Origin: Octopus sinensis
Lineage: Eukaryota
DNA length: 40,615 bases
Assembly: GCF_006345805.1 (NCBI RefSeq)
Contig: NW_021835373.1
Span: 1 to 40,615 of the forward strand
Direction of reading: 5' to 3'
Below are positions 24,101-37,605 of the stretch, piece by piece. A program made the position numbers and the translations under genes. Positions within the stretch are counted from its first letter, which is position 1. Each line of letters opens with the position of its first letter. Below the pieces are notes generated by a model. It worked only from the letters and a program-made list of their open reading frames with translations, ran no database searches and was not told the origin of the DNA.

Positions 24101-24445
24101 TTACAGAATCCATTTATCATTTATGATCAGTCTATCCAGATAAAGCAATGAAGTTTGTAAAATAATTTACTTTCAATACTTTCTGGAAAAAAGTGAATTT
24201 ATGATCGCTTGCTGTCTATACGTGTACCCCATGAATTATTTTTCTGTTTGGCAGATATCTGCAAAGAATTTTCCGATTTCTGAAAATAAACGCTCGTGCT
24301 CTTGGTAGATTCATCAATCCTTCGATATGGATTTAACAGAGGAGACATTCAGTAAGGGTGAAACACTGCGGTGTCTAAAAATCTCTTAACATCGACGAAT
24401 GACGTGTGTTATGAACGCACACACATCGTCTGAAATGTGCAGATG

Positions 24446-24483
24446 TTCTCCGACGACGCTAAATAACAGCGAACCGGTCAGAG
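24446..24483 (+). ncRNA. Decayed/variant minimal hammerhead (GUC site)
   Basis: UUCU-CCGACGA-C-GCU-AAAUAAC-AGC-GAA-CCGG-UC-AGAG; one core A missing. Confidence 0.5.
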
Positions 24484-24559
24484 TGCATTGAGAATGAGGA
24501 AACAAGTTGTGCCTTGGACTGCATTTTTGTCTGGTAGACATCAGCAAAAAAATTGCTTA

Positions 24560-24747
24560 TTCGTTTACTTCTTTCAGTCATTTGACTGCGACCATGCTGG
24601 AGCAATGCCTTTAGTCGAACAAATCGACCCCGGGACTTATTCTTTGTTAGCCCGGTACTTATTATATCGGTCTCTTTTGCGGAACCGCTAAGTTACATAA
24701 ACACACTAGCATCGGTTGTCAAGCAATGCTAGGGGGACGAACACAGT

Positions 24748-24845
<98 letters not shown>

Positions 24846-25013
24846 TATATACGACGGCTTCTTTTGAGTTTCCGTCTATCAAATCCACTCACAAGGCGTT
24901 GTTCGGCCCGAGGCTATAGAAAAAGACACTTGCCCAAGGTGCAACGCAGTGGGACTGAACCCGGAAGCATGTGGTTGGTAAGCAAGCTACTTACGCAGAG
25001 CCACGCCTGGGCC
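24560..25013 (-). mobile_element. SINE family A, full length, internal (CA)n(TA)n
   Basis: Complete head, body and tail matching the 37058-37487 copy. Confidence 0.9.
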
Positions 25014-25434
25014 TATAAACAATGCCCCGTAATCTTGTCAGATTTAATGGATAGAGTAGTTTCGAGATTTCCAGAAAGTATTAACATTAAGGAGATGCAT
25101 AATTGTTTGAATTCTTGCTGTTTTACCTCATGAAAATAAATTGACAGATTTAAATATTGATTTGCAAACAATTTCATTGTAAAACACAGGAGCCAACAAC
25201 AGGAATATCTAGTCACCTCTTACGAAATTTCAAAATTAATTTAACCATTACCTAGTACTGATAAATCTCTCGACCTACCAGCTGTAGCTAAAATTATACC
25301 CTCGTATACCGCTGCATAAGACGGGCTTTTTTTTTTATTTAAATGTAACAACAAATTGACGTGCGTCTAAAGCGATGGTATTTCAGTTGGGATACCGAAT
25401 ATAGGCCGGGTGTAATCATTTTCCGTGTATCTGT

Positions 25435-25605
25435 CATTTGTTTTAATCATGAGACTACGGCCAATCTGGGGCACCACCTTGAAGAATTTGCAGTCGAATG
25501 AATGAACGCCAGTATTTCGTTTTGTTTAACTTAATACTTTTTTCTGGCGGTCAAATTTGCCAAATCGCTTACTTACAGGGATATAAACACACCAACACCG
25601 GTAGA
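25435..25605 (-). mobile_element. SINE family A, degenerate 3' half
   Basis: gactacggccaatctggggcacc...taaacacaccaacaccgg. Confidence 0.55.
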
Positions 25606-25739
25606 ACAATCACTTTGTGGCAATTAGACCAAATATCAAACCTGCTGGTGAGATAATCTCAAAGATCGAAGATTATCCAAAAGTGACATGTCGTTAAATA
25701 ATAGAATTTAGAATCTTCGAGAAAAGGTGAAGTAATTCG

Positions 25740-26127
25740 TTGGAAAGGCTGAAATCGAAGTAACTACAGCTATAAATGAAAAATAAAAGCATCAGAGGGG
25801 CGATGCATACCCTGCAGGCAGATAATTTTTTTCGCAAATTATGATGTGGCTTCCAATACGTTGGTCAACCATTCTTTTTAGTTGAACTGAAGTAATTTCT
25901 GGGTTTTTTATGGGTATTTATACTCTGGTGAAATTAAGAAGTTAACTCACAAATAATCGAAACCCTCGAATCTATCACTGTACACACACACATAACTGTG
26001 TACGTATTTATGTATGTGTGTATGCATGCATGTACATATGTATGTAGGTACGTATGTATTATGTATATATTATATATGTATGCTTATACATATAGACATG
26101 AAATATATGTATGTGTATACATACATA

Positions 26128-26174
<47 letters not shown>

Positions 26175-26680
26175 GTATACATATACATACATACACATAC
26201 ATATTTATGTAAGTAGGTATTTTGTATGTATGTTTGCATGCATATAGGTATGTATGCATGCATGCATACCCCAGCATGTTATTTCACAATTTTTCTATAT
26301 CGGAGGCAACAATTTTTTTCTAGTCATGAGGCTGTTGAAACATATCATTGAAAAGGCCCAAAAGGAACTAAACGCATCTCGTGCCTTCGTTGGTCTCAGA
26401 TGGCTGATATTTATTGCTCTCGATACAGCACGAGGGAACAATTGGCCTGCCGACGCTCTAGATACATTAGATGGCAATTTTAAAAATAAAATTGCAGTTG
26501 ATGTTTTGATACCAGTGATATCGAACCCAATTCCTGGTATATGATGATAAGTTTTAGATGATGAGATCAATTAACATTTAAAAAAAAAGGAATTAAAAAA
26601 TGCTTTTCAAATCCATTTCTGTCTTTTTGATTATTTTGTTCATCAAAATATAATGATCGACGATAGACTAACGAAAGATT
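25740..26680 (+). mobile_element. hAT (ZMYM1/Tip100-like) transposase relic split by a microsatellite
   Basis: Collinear decayed motifs CRQ..YDVASN (cf. CRGQxYDGASN), NPRIYHC (cf. NPxAxYxHC), KRISCLRWSQ (cf. LKRLSxTRWS). Confidence 0.45.
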
Positions 26681-26807
26681 CTTAGGTGAAAATTAAGTGG
26701 TCGTGTGATACTTTGAGCTAAGATGATATTCTGAATGATCATAAGACTTGGTGAGAAATAAATTGCTATTTATCGTTTACTTTTCAATAGAGGAGGATTT
26801 GCCATGC

Positions 26808-27010
26808 TTTACACGTTTCAGTCGTTTGACAGCGGCCATGATAAAATGATAGAGCACGGCCTTTAGTCGAACAAATCGACCACAGGACCGATTATTTGTA
26901 AGCCTAGTACTTATTCTATCACTCTCTGTTACCGAACTGCTAAGTTTCGGGGACATAAACACACCAACATCGGTTGTCAAGTGATGGTGGGGAACATACA
27001 TAAACACAAA
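26808..27010 (-). mobile_element. SINE family A, 3' half
   Basis: tttcagtcgtttgacagcggccatg...aagcctagtacttattctatc...catcggttgtcaag. Confidence 0.85.
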
Positions 27011-27081
27011 GACATACACACACAGGCACACACATACACATACATACATACACACACACACACACAGACACACACACACAG

Positions 27082-27119
<38 letters not shown>

Positions 27120-27818
27120 GTATGTATTTATGCATACATATATGTCCGCATGTAGATACATTATTTATATAAATATATATATTTATCTTTATTTATATGT
27201 ACATATGTGAACACATATATACATAGCACGTGCAAGCATATATATCATATATATATATATATACATACATACATGCAGGCATACATACATGTATATTAGG
27301 GGCGCAGATTTCTGAATCTTCATATTCGATTACATAGGAACCACACGTCTGAACATCAGTATAATAAATATAATTACTGAGCGTATGTATAAATATATAT
27401 ACACTATGTATATGTGTATACTACATGCATATACGCATACATACATACACACACATATATATGTGTGAATATATGAATATATACATAGGTTCTACTCATT
27501 TTCATATATGTAATGTGCTATTAAGTCAAACGTCAGCATTTCCCTATTAGACATAGCGTGCTTAAAACCTTCATATTTGAGAATATTCTATCATTTCATC
27601 TAAAAAAATTATCCTATTATATTCCGCATGAATTACAGCAAAAATTTTATAGCCTCTATCACGAACTATCATTGCCACATGCACATATATAAAGAACATG
27701 CACATGCACATACACACACACATATACACACGTATAGACACGTACACACACACATAAGAATATATGTGGATAGGTGCAGTTCTAAGTATGGGTCACATAT
27801 ATCTGCTCATATGAGACG

Positions 27819-27868
<50 letters not shown>

Positions 27869-27869
27869 G

Positions 27870-27902
<33 letters not shown>

Positions 27903-28065
27903 ATTTATATATATGTATATATATAATATATATTACATATATACAAAGATGTATACATGCGTACATATATAGGAACACACGTACATGCATATATATATGC
28001 ATATACATATACATATATTATATATGTATACATATATACATATATATATATATATATGTAAACAT

Positions 28066-28121
<56 letters not shown>

Positions 28122-28460
28122 GTTATACAGGAATGTATTTTCGGTATCTTTATGTGTAATAGTGTATGTACTAACATAAATACATTTATAATATATGTAT
28201 ATTTACATACACTAAGATATAAAATGAAACGCACAATACTCGTTATCTAAGTGAAAATTAATATCACCATCGATATATATGTATATACATATATATCTGC
28301 GTGCGTGTGTGTGTGTATAAACATATATATATATATTTTTAAATATAATTATATAAATATGTAAATATATATATAAATATATGAATATATATAAGTATAT
28401 ATATATATATATATATATACGTAATGCATATATATCTATATATATAACTTATATATATAT

Positions 28461-28505
<45 letters not shown>

Positions 28506-29421
28506 GCGCATGCTTATACATATAGACATGAAATATGTCTGTGTATACATACACACGCATACACACACAAATATATATATACATATACATACATACACAT
28601 ACATATTTATGTAAGTATATGTACATACACATATGTATGTATACATTAACAGACAGGCATAGATACCGCAATATACATTATTGGTTTGTAAATGCACATC
28701 TAACATTCGTTTGTATACGTTCATTTTCTCCCGTAACGTAAATTTACACACTGCACGCATATCGGTACATGCTAGTATGTGCGCACTGTAAACAATGTAA
28801 ATAAGTTTTATAGATGCGTGCAACGATGTCTATGAATGTGTGTTTATGTTTGCGTATTTGGGAGTATGTATATAATGCGTTATCGATTACATAGCACGCT
28901 TGTATCTCCATGCACCGTTTTTGTTATCAATATATCTAATTTCCTGTATCTTCGAAAATTCCTCTCCATAATGAAAGAGAGATATGGTTTCCTGGATATG
29001 AAGCACATTTATACATATATACATGCATACATAGATACATACATACATACATATATACATACATACGTACATACATACATACATATATACATACATACAT
29101 ACATACATACATGCATACATACTTATATACATATGCATGTGTGTGCGTGTGTGTGTTTGTGCGTGCGTGCATCTGTGAGTGTGTGTGTGAAACAATTCAA
29201 TCGAACTAACTGGTTAAATAGACATACACAAACACACTTATATATTTTTATCTATACACAAATATACATGTTTATATGTTTGTGAGTCTGTGTGTATGTG
29301 TGTCCCTGTGTGTCTGGGGTGTACATATAGTAATCATGTACTATGTGAAATGCATATATATATGTCTATGCTTATATATATATGGTAAATATATATGTAC
29401 ATATATATAAATATATATATA

Positions 29422-29467
<46 letters not shown>

Positions 29468-29889
29468 ATATGTATATGTATGCATGTATGTATGTATGTA
29501 TGGTGTATGTATGTGTGTATAGGTGTATATAGATATATATGTATATATATATATGTACAGTTGTATGTATTTGTATATATAATGTATGTATATATATGTA
29601 TATATGCATATATATATACATGCACACATATATACATACATACATGCATACATACATACATACATACATACATACATACATACATACATACATTATATCC
29701 ATGTTCTTGAAGTCACTTCCTCGTTTCACTAACGAAAAAAAGTCACATATTGTGTTTAACACACCGTTAACATCCAAACATGAAAGTCGCTGACCGATTG
29801 TGAACGCATGAGAAATTTTTCACTTTTTTTTTCTCTCCATAAATAATAGTACTCCATGTGAATTATTGATCTTAGATGGCCAAGTTTAG

Positions 29890-29990
29890 CGGGAAGTGTG
29901 GGTCAATTACATCGTCCACATTATTCAATTGGTACTTATTTTATCGATCCCGAAACGATGGAAAGCAAAGTCAACCTCTGGTGAAATGTA
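29890..29990 (-). mobile_element. SINE family B fragment
   Basis: ggtacttattttatcgatcccgaaacgatggaaagcaaagtcaacctc. Confidence 0.7.
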
Positions 29991-30515
29991 TTGAAATTAT
30001 TTAAGTGTAATACATTGACTGGAATTTCTTTAGCATTTCATAAAGTTTACATGATATGCTTTAAATTTATATTGTTTTAAATATTCACACAATCTCACGG
30101 ACACAAGTACGGACAGAAACACACACACATACACGCGCAAAAAAAACACACATACGCACGCACACGCATACACACACAAACACACACGCACAGACATGTA
30201 CACACACAAACTCAAACATACACACACACACGCAAATATACATATACACACACACCCGCAAGTACACGCAGGCACACACGCAAAAACGCACATACACACG
30301 CACGCGCACTCACAGGCATACACACACAATCACACTCAGGCACACACTTACATACACAAACACAAACGCGCGCACACACAAATATACATAAACACACACA
30401 CGCATGTACACGCACACACACACGCACATACACACGAAAACACACACATACACACATAGGCACGCACGCACACGCATACATACACACATTTATTATATTT
30501 ATATGTGTTCGAAAT

Positions 30516-30941
30516 GGGACGATTCGTCGCTGCAGTTTCGACGCAAGAGTTTTGACCGGGCTTTTGGAGAGACTATGTTTTGGCACTGCTGACACATACG
30601 CACACACAAACAACACAGACCCACCCACCGGCATACACATAGACATAGTTGGAGAGGTATAGGGAGAGAAAGCGTTGAGGGAGGAAGCGAGGGAGAGGAA
30701 AATAGAAAGAAGATAATCCAATTTATTAATTGAATAGAATTGACATAGAAACTTTTGTTATCATACGAATAAAAAATATGCTAACACACATAAAATAATA
30801 TACCCTCATATATAAACAAAGAGAAGGAAAAGCAGGGAGTGTGAGAGAGAAAAATTGAGAGAAAGAGTGAGAGAGATAGAAAGGAGAGAGAGAACGAGAG
30901 AAACATTACGCGCCGCCAAAACGGCTGCGCCGAAATGTCTC
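30516..30941. mobile_element. Possible old TIR (MITE-like) element
   Basis: 30516-30543 vs reverse complement of 30914-30941: 20/28 identity, GC-rich. Confidence 0.3.
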
Positions 30942-31964
30942 GTACCATTATCAGTTGGTTTGATTTGTGTGAATTATCTTTACAACGCGGCCTTCCCCAA
31001 TTGACTTCAGTTAAAGAGGGGCATTATAAAAGAGCAAATACTCGCAAGGTGTCGCTGCATCACGTGGCGGAATGTGTAAACCTGTATTTATTTACTCACC
31101 ATTACCTTCTAGATGAAGGACCTCGTCTGAGGACGTGTGCGAAATATCAAATGTATGCCAAGGATGGTTTTTCTGTCCGTTGTGTTTGTATCACATAGAC
31201 GTGTACACACACAAAAATATGTGAAGTGTTCAGGGATTTTTACATTATTTACATTATTTGACGGATATTTGTCCTCATCTTGTTTATTGTTAGAGGACAA
31301 ATATCCGTAAAATGTAAATAATGTAAATAATGTATATAATTCCTTATCTCTTAAATATAGAACTGTATTATTCATGGATATAAATATGTGTGCGTAATTA
31401 TGGGCCTGGGTGTATATATGCCTGTGCGTGTGTGTGCGTGCGCGTACGTGCGTATGTGTGTGTGTGTACGTGCGTGTGTGTGTATGTGTACGTTTATGTG
31501 TGTGTTTGTGTGTGTGTATGTGTGCGTATGTGTGTGCATGTGTGTGTGCGCGTGTGTGCGTGCATGCCTAGTTCCCAATGTGCCATATGCGAAACAGCTT
31601 ATATATGGTCTGGGAAAAGATTATTAATGGAATCTTCCTATTTTCTCTCAGACTTGTCTTTTAGCTCTCTTTATTCTAAGAGGTCAGAGAGAGAGATGCC
31701 TTTTAGAATTGGTCGCCCCGATATATATATACATATTATACGGTATTACCTTATCACAGCATCGACCAGACTATCTAATATTGTTAGACATCGCCGATCA
31801 CGGTGTGCTTCTTATTTAAACTCCCGAAAGACCCCATCTCGCTGACCAGGTGGGCAGGACAACGCCGGCCCTTAACAGAACCCCAGTTCATCGCAGGGAA
31901 CCCAATTACTGCTTGCTGAACTATATATATGTGTATGTGTGTTAGTGTGTGTGTGGGGGGGGGG

Positions 31965-32378
31965 GCTACCTGTTACAGTCATGTGACTGCGGCAATGGTG
32001 GAGCACCGCCTTGAAGACTATTTAGTCGAATGTATCGACCCCAGTATATATTTTTTATGAGCCTGGTACTTATTCTATCTGTGACCTTTGAGAACCGCTA
32101 CGTTACGGGGAACATAAACACACCAAAGCACACACACACACACACATACATATACATACATCCATCCATCCATCCATCCATCCATCCATCCATCCATCCA
32201 TCCATCCATCCATACTTACATACATACATATATACGACAGTCTTCTTTTAGTTTATGTCCAGCAAATCCACACACAAAGCTTTGGTCGGCACCTAGGCTT
32301 TAGTAGAATACACCTGCACAAGGTGCCACGCAGCGTGACCGAAACCGGGACCTTGTGGTTGGTAAGCAAGCTTCTTAC
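31965..32378 (-). mobile_element. SINE family A, near full length, internal (CATC)n
   Basis: Tail, body and head motifs present. Confidence 0.85.
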
Positions 32379-32524
32379 CATACACACACACATATATGTG
32401 TATACGTGTGTTTATAAATAAATGTCCGCAAGTTCCTTTCACGTATTATACATGCACACATGATACATTCATATATCCATATGTATCCGTATATATATAT
32501 TATATATATATATATATTATATAT

Positions 32525-32560
<36 letters not shown>

Positions 32561-33020
32561 GAAGTGACATGGAGTACGTATATCGAACCCAGTTCCGGAG
32601 CACGGAAAAACGTGCAAGTTACAGGAAACTTGGTGCACCTATAATATGAAGCTCTCAAGTATGATACCTGCACCACATACAAACACGCGATCACACATAC
32701 GGAACCACATATAACCATACACGCACACACAGTATATATATACATATATATGTGTGTGTGTGTGTGAGTGCGTGTGTGGGAAGTCTGTGTGTGTATATAT
32801 ATATATAAGTGTGTATGTATATATATATATATATTCACACACACACACACACAAATACACACACACACACGCATATATATATATGTATGTATATCATCTC
32901 TTGATTTTTTCTGATGACTTGCACATTCTCTATGTTAACACTGTTTATGTGTTTGCTTGCGTGCCTTTCTCTCACATCGTCCCTCCTGTCTCTCTGTATA
33001 TATATATATATATATTATAT

Positions 33021-33266
33021 ATAATGAAGGGTGAAATTAATTAATTTGGAATAATTATCAATTACACCAAGTAGTCTTCGGCATGTAAAAGCCTTATTCG
33101 AGGAAAATTTAAGTAATACTAAGCAATAAAGGGTTTAGCAACGAATTGCCTTACCACATACCGAATTTAGAAATAGCAGTCAAAGAGTTATAGCTATTTC
33201 TTCTACTAAAAAGGGAGATCTCAGTAAAAACAGCAATAAATTGCTAAACCCTTTATTGCTTAGTAT
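33021..33266 (-). mobile_element. Fold-back Penelope-like element with hammerhead relic
   Basis: Perfect 26-bp inverted arms 33116-33141/33241-33266; ~95-bp tail; minus-strand CUGAGA..GAAA-UAGCUA-UA at 33185-33224; (TA)n flanks. Confidence 0.6.
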
Positions 33267-33399
33267 ATATATATATATATATATGTACATCTGCATGTGT
33301 GTACACATGCTTCAGTATAATGCATAAATATATTGATTGACAGACGGATACGTATGTGTAGCCGTACATATAAATTAACCGAGATAATCCCATAGAATC

Positions 33400-33720
33400 C
33401 CAACTGGTTCCCTGTTTAGAAACCTTTAATACATCCTTGAACCGTGTCATGCTAACCTTGTCTCCTTCAACATCAACAAAATCTCGATCATTATGCGCAT
33501 CCAGCTGACATTAATCATAGCACATCATAGTTAAATATTAGCATCACGCAACTAGCGCCCTCACCATCCAGCAAATGTCACTCTTCACAATTACTATGGA
33601 GCCTACCTGCCGATCTCAGAACTCGAAGACTGCATTTTACTCAGCTGCAAAAGAAAACGTTCAACGTCAGACAATAATGAAACTTTTGTAATTCTTACGT
33701 TAGGTTCGCGGTTGAACATT
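33400..33720 (+). mobile_element. Highly decayed CR1-group LINE relic
   Basis: HANLVSFNINK resembles the RT C-terminal NLVxFNxxKT motif; little else is recognisable. Confidence 0.3.
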
Positions 33721-33794
33721 GTTGCTGTAGCTGGGACGGTCCTGCTGATATAAACGAATACATAACCTTTATAGTATACAGGACAAATATTCTT

Positions 33795-34115
33795 CAGGCA
33801 GCGAGATGGCAGAATTCTTTGCTGGACGAAATGTTTACCGGTATTTCGTCTGCCGCTACGTTCTGAGTTCAAATTCCGCCGAGGTCGACTTTTCCTTTCA
33901 TCCTTTCGGGGTCGATTAAATAAGTACCAGTTACGCACTGGGGTCGATATAATCGACTTAATCAGTTTGTCCGTCCTTGTTTGTCCTCTCTGTGTTTAGG
34001 CCCTTGTAGGTAGTAAAGAAATAGGTATTTCGTTTGCCGTTACGTTCTGAGTTCAAATTCCACCGAGGTCGACTTTGCCTTTCATCCTTTCGAGCCCGAT
34101 ATATTAAGTACCAGT
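33795..34115 (+). mobile_element. SINE family B, tandem/dimeric copy
   Basis: ggtatttcgt..acgttctgagttcaaattcc.ccgaggtcgacttt..cctttcatcctttcg repeated at ~33840 and ~34024. Confidence 0.9.
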
Positions 34116-34544
34116 AAAACGCTCCAATATTGCAAACCAACCCCCAAGCCTTGTATTAAACAAATAATCCGCGATCTAACATCGGAGAACTCTGCCAATA
34201 TAGAACCCGCTACATGTCTTTCCATGTTTTGGAAACTATTCAAAACCGACGTTAACAAATACAATACCATAACTCTCAGAGAGACACAAAAGCTACGGGG
34301 CACAGCCAGACCTCCACTCCCACCGGTCCACACAAATAAAGAACAACAAAGCTGTCGCCACTTCTAGCATTCTTCTTGATTTTTCATTCATTAATTCCAC
34401 TTTATATCTCAATTTCCAGCTTAAAACCGTCATTTTCGTGCCTATTCTCTATTTTTCGCCTTTTCTCAGAACATATGTGTGCGTGCGCAAGCACGTGCGC
34501 GTAGGTTTGCATTCGCACACCTGATATGCATGGACGTATGTGTG

Positions 34545-34584
<40 letters not shown>

Positions 34585-34589
34585 CACAT

Positions 34590-34641
<52 letters not shown>

Positions 34642-34645
<4 letters not shown>

Positions 34646-35581
34646 CGCATCTGCAACATGAGCTGTACACAATATACAGGTGGGCTGAGGACAACAACAT
34701 GCAGTTTAATGCAGGTAAGTTCCAGGCCCTGCGTTACTGGCACACAAAGGTAAATGACGTGAAGACTGGATACACTGGCCCAGGAAGAATTGCAATCCCT
34801 GAGTCAAAATCAGTGCGTGACCTGGGCATTGACATGAGCAATGATGCATCTTTCCAAATGCATATTGCTAATCTGGTGATAAAATGCAGACGGCTAGCTG
34901 GATGGATTCTCCGAACTTTCAGAACAAGATAGAAGGAGACACTGATGGTCCTATGGAAAACATTTGTCCTCAGCCGCTTGGACTACTGCTCCCAACTTTG
35001 GTCACCACACAATATAAACAAACAGCAGAACTCGAAGCAACTCAGAGAAGCTACACAAAGAAAATCGTCTCAATGCAAAATGTCAGCTACTGGGAAAGAC
35101 TGAAGGTATTAAACCTCTTCTCCCTGGAGCGGAGGCGGGAGAGATATGCAGTGATATACATCTGGAAAATCCTGGAGGGTCTTGTCCCAAACTTTGGCAT
35201 TCAAAGTTACTCCAACCCAGAACGGGGCGCCGCTGCGTGGTGCCAAGGATTCCAACATCACCATCAAAATACAGGTCCAGATTCTGCAACAGCTTGGGTT
35301 TCAGAGGACCACAGCTCTTTAACATCCTCCCTAAATGCCTGAGAGACTTACATGGTGTGGATGTGGGTTTCTTTAAACTAAACTGGATCTCTTCTTGTTG
35401 GGAGTCCCAGATGAACCTACCTCACGACAGGAGACACGGATGCGGACAGCAGCATCGAAATCCCTTGTTGATCAAGTGCCACGTATCAGAGGTGGATTCA
35501 CAAACTAGTGTAGCTCATTCAGCGGTGGTACCCCAGCATGGCCGCGGCCTTCGGGCTAAAACATTTTTAAGGATTTAAGGA
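34642..35581 (+). mobile_element. CR1/L2-group LINE, 5'-truncated 3' portion
   Basis: WAEDNNMQFNAGKF..VRDLGI..ILRTF, LDYCSQLWSP, YWERLKVLNLFSLERRRER; 3' tail cccagcatggccgcgg..aaaacatttttaaggatttaaggat. Confidence 0.9.
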
Positions 35582-35626
35582 TATATATACATATATATAT
35601 GTATGTATATATAATATATATGTATG

Positions 35627-35695
<69 letters not shown>

Positions 35696-35878
35696 TATGT
35701 ATATATACATATATGTTAATATGTATAATATATATATATATACATATTCACATAGGTATATATGCGTTTTGAAAGTGAGTGTATGCATATAGTTTATATA
35801 TGTATATGTATATGTATGCTGTATATGCATGTATGTATATATATACTACAATTATATATATACATATATTAAATATTT

Positions 35879-35925
<47 letters not shown>

Positions 35926-36789
35926 GTATATATGTATGTATGTATGTACGTATGTATGTATGTGTGTATGTATGTGCGTATATACATAAGTGTATTTATG
36001 TTTGGTTTTGTACTTACATCTAACGTTTTACAATATTTCTATTTCTTCGCTTCACTTTCAATTATACTTTCTTCCTTATCCAAATATCTTCCGCCAATCA
36101 CAGCTGCATTGAAGTACAAACAGGCTCCCATAATCAAACAACACTGCCCACTACAAACATACAGAATTACACACACCTACACACAGACACTCTCACACAC
36201 AAATATGGAAGCACTCACTCGCAAGCACGAAAAGCCAGCACACCCACACGCATAGAAGCAATAATACGGACGTTGACATATTCTTAAAAACGTTCATAGA
36301 ATCGCACATGAAGAGGATCTTCGAGGCCCACCACTCACACACATGAATCCATTGTCGAAATGATTCCTGCAACAACCATAACCACCTTCACCACCGCCAC
36401 CACCAGCCTCAACAACATCATAACCAGCAACAGCAGTATCATTTACTTCTCATCGCAGAGAATATATATGTGTCTCCCATAGAAACCATTATGCATACGG
36501 TGACATCTATGTAACCATGGTTATAAGTGAAAAGTAGAAAACCTTTCGGAGACATCTTGCCAGCTTCCATCTCTCTGTGCCATATAGAGAGAGTCGCACT
36601 AACCCTTACGTAACATGTCACACACGCTCTCACAAACGCAGGCAAACACTCACAAACACACACATAATCTTGAAGATGTGAATAAATATCTGTGGTGTGT
36701 TTGTGTGTGTGTCTGTGTGTATGTTTGTAAGGTATCGCCCTCCCCATCGCCTCGCTCATTTCAAGGGAGATAATTATTAACCGTTTATC

Positions 36790-36990
36790 CTGTTTCTTAT
36801 TTGTTTCAATATTTAACCTCCGGCCGTGCTGTGGCACCGCATTGAAGAGGTTTTGCTCAAACGAATCGACACCCAGTACATTTTTTTAAAAAGCAGCGCT
36901 CAGTCTATCTCTTTCCTTTGTCGAACCGCTAGTTTACACGAACGTAAACACATCAACACCAAATGACAAGCGGTAGCGGGGGAAAAACAG
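36790..36990 (-). mobile_element. SINE family A-related degenerate 3' half
   Basis: ttgtttcaat..cggccgtgctgtggcaccgc..cgaaccgctag..gtaaacacatcaacacc. Confidence 0.65.
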
Positions 36991-37057
36991 ATACGGCAAT
37001 ACACATATACATAAACATATGTATGTGTGTGTGTATATACTCTTTATTCTTTACTAT

Positions 37058-37291
37058 TTTACTCTTTTATTTGTTTCAGTCATTTGACTGTGGCCATGCT
37101 GCCGCACCGCCTTTGGTTGAGCAACTCGACCCCAGGAGTTATTCTTTGTAAGCCTAGTACTATCGTCACTTTTGCCGAACCGCTAACTTACGGGGACGTA
37201 AACACACCAGCATCGGTTGTCAAGCGATGTTGGGGGGACAAACACACACACACAAACACACGCAAACACACACACACAAACACACGCATAT

Positions 37292-37322
<31 letters not shown>

Positions 37323-37487
37323 CGACGGGCTTCTTTCAGTTTCCGTCTACCAAATCCACTCACAAGGCTTTGGTCGGCCCGAGGCTATAGTAGAAGACAC
37401 TTGCCCAAGGAGCCACGCAGTGGGACTGAACTCGGAACCATGTGATTCGTAAGCAAGCTACTTACCACACAGCCACTCCTACGCCTA
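37058..37487 (-). mobile_element. SINE family A (Octopus-type tRNA-derived), full length, young
   Basis: A box tggctgtgtggtaag, B box gttccgagttcagtcc, internal (TG)n/(TA)n, tail cagcatggccacagtcaaatgactgaaacaaataaaagag. Confidence 0.9.
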
Positions 37488-37559
37488 TGCGTATATATAT
37501 ATATATATATATATATATGCATTTGTGTATCTCTCTCTCTCTCTCTCTCTCTCTCTATA

Positions 37560-37605
<46 letters not shown>

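Noticed and set aside
25303-25380. Tc2/pogo-like TIR relic (cgtataccgctgcataagacg)
   Set aside because: Too short and degenerate; no partner end found
31128-31160. CTGAGGA-cgtgtgc-GAAA as a hammerhead
   Set aside because: Stems I, II and III do not form; chance match
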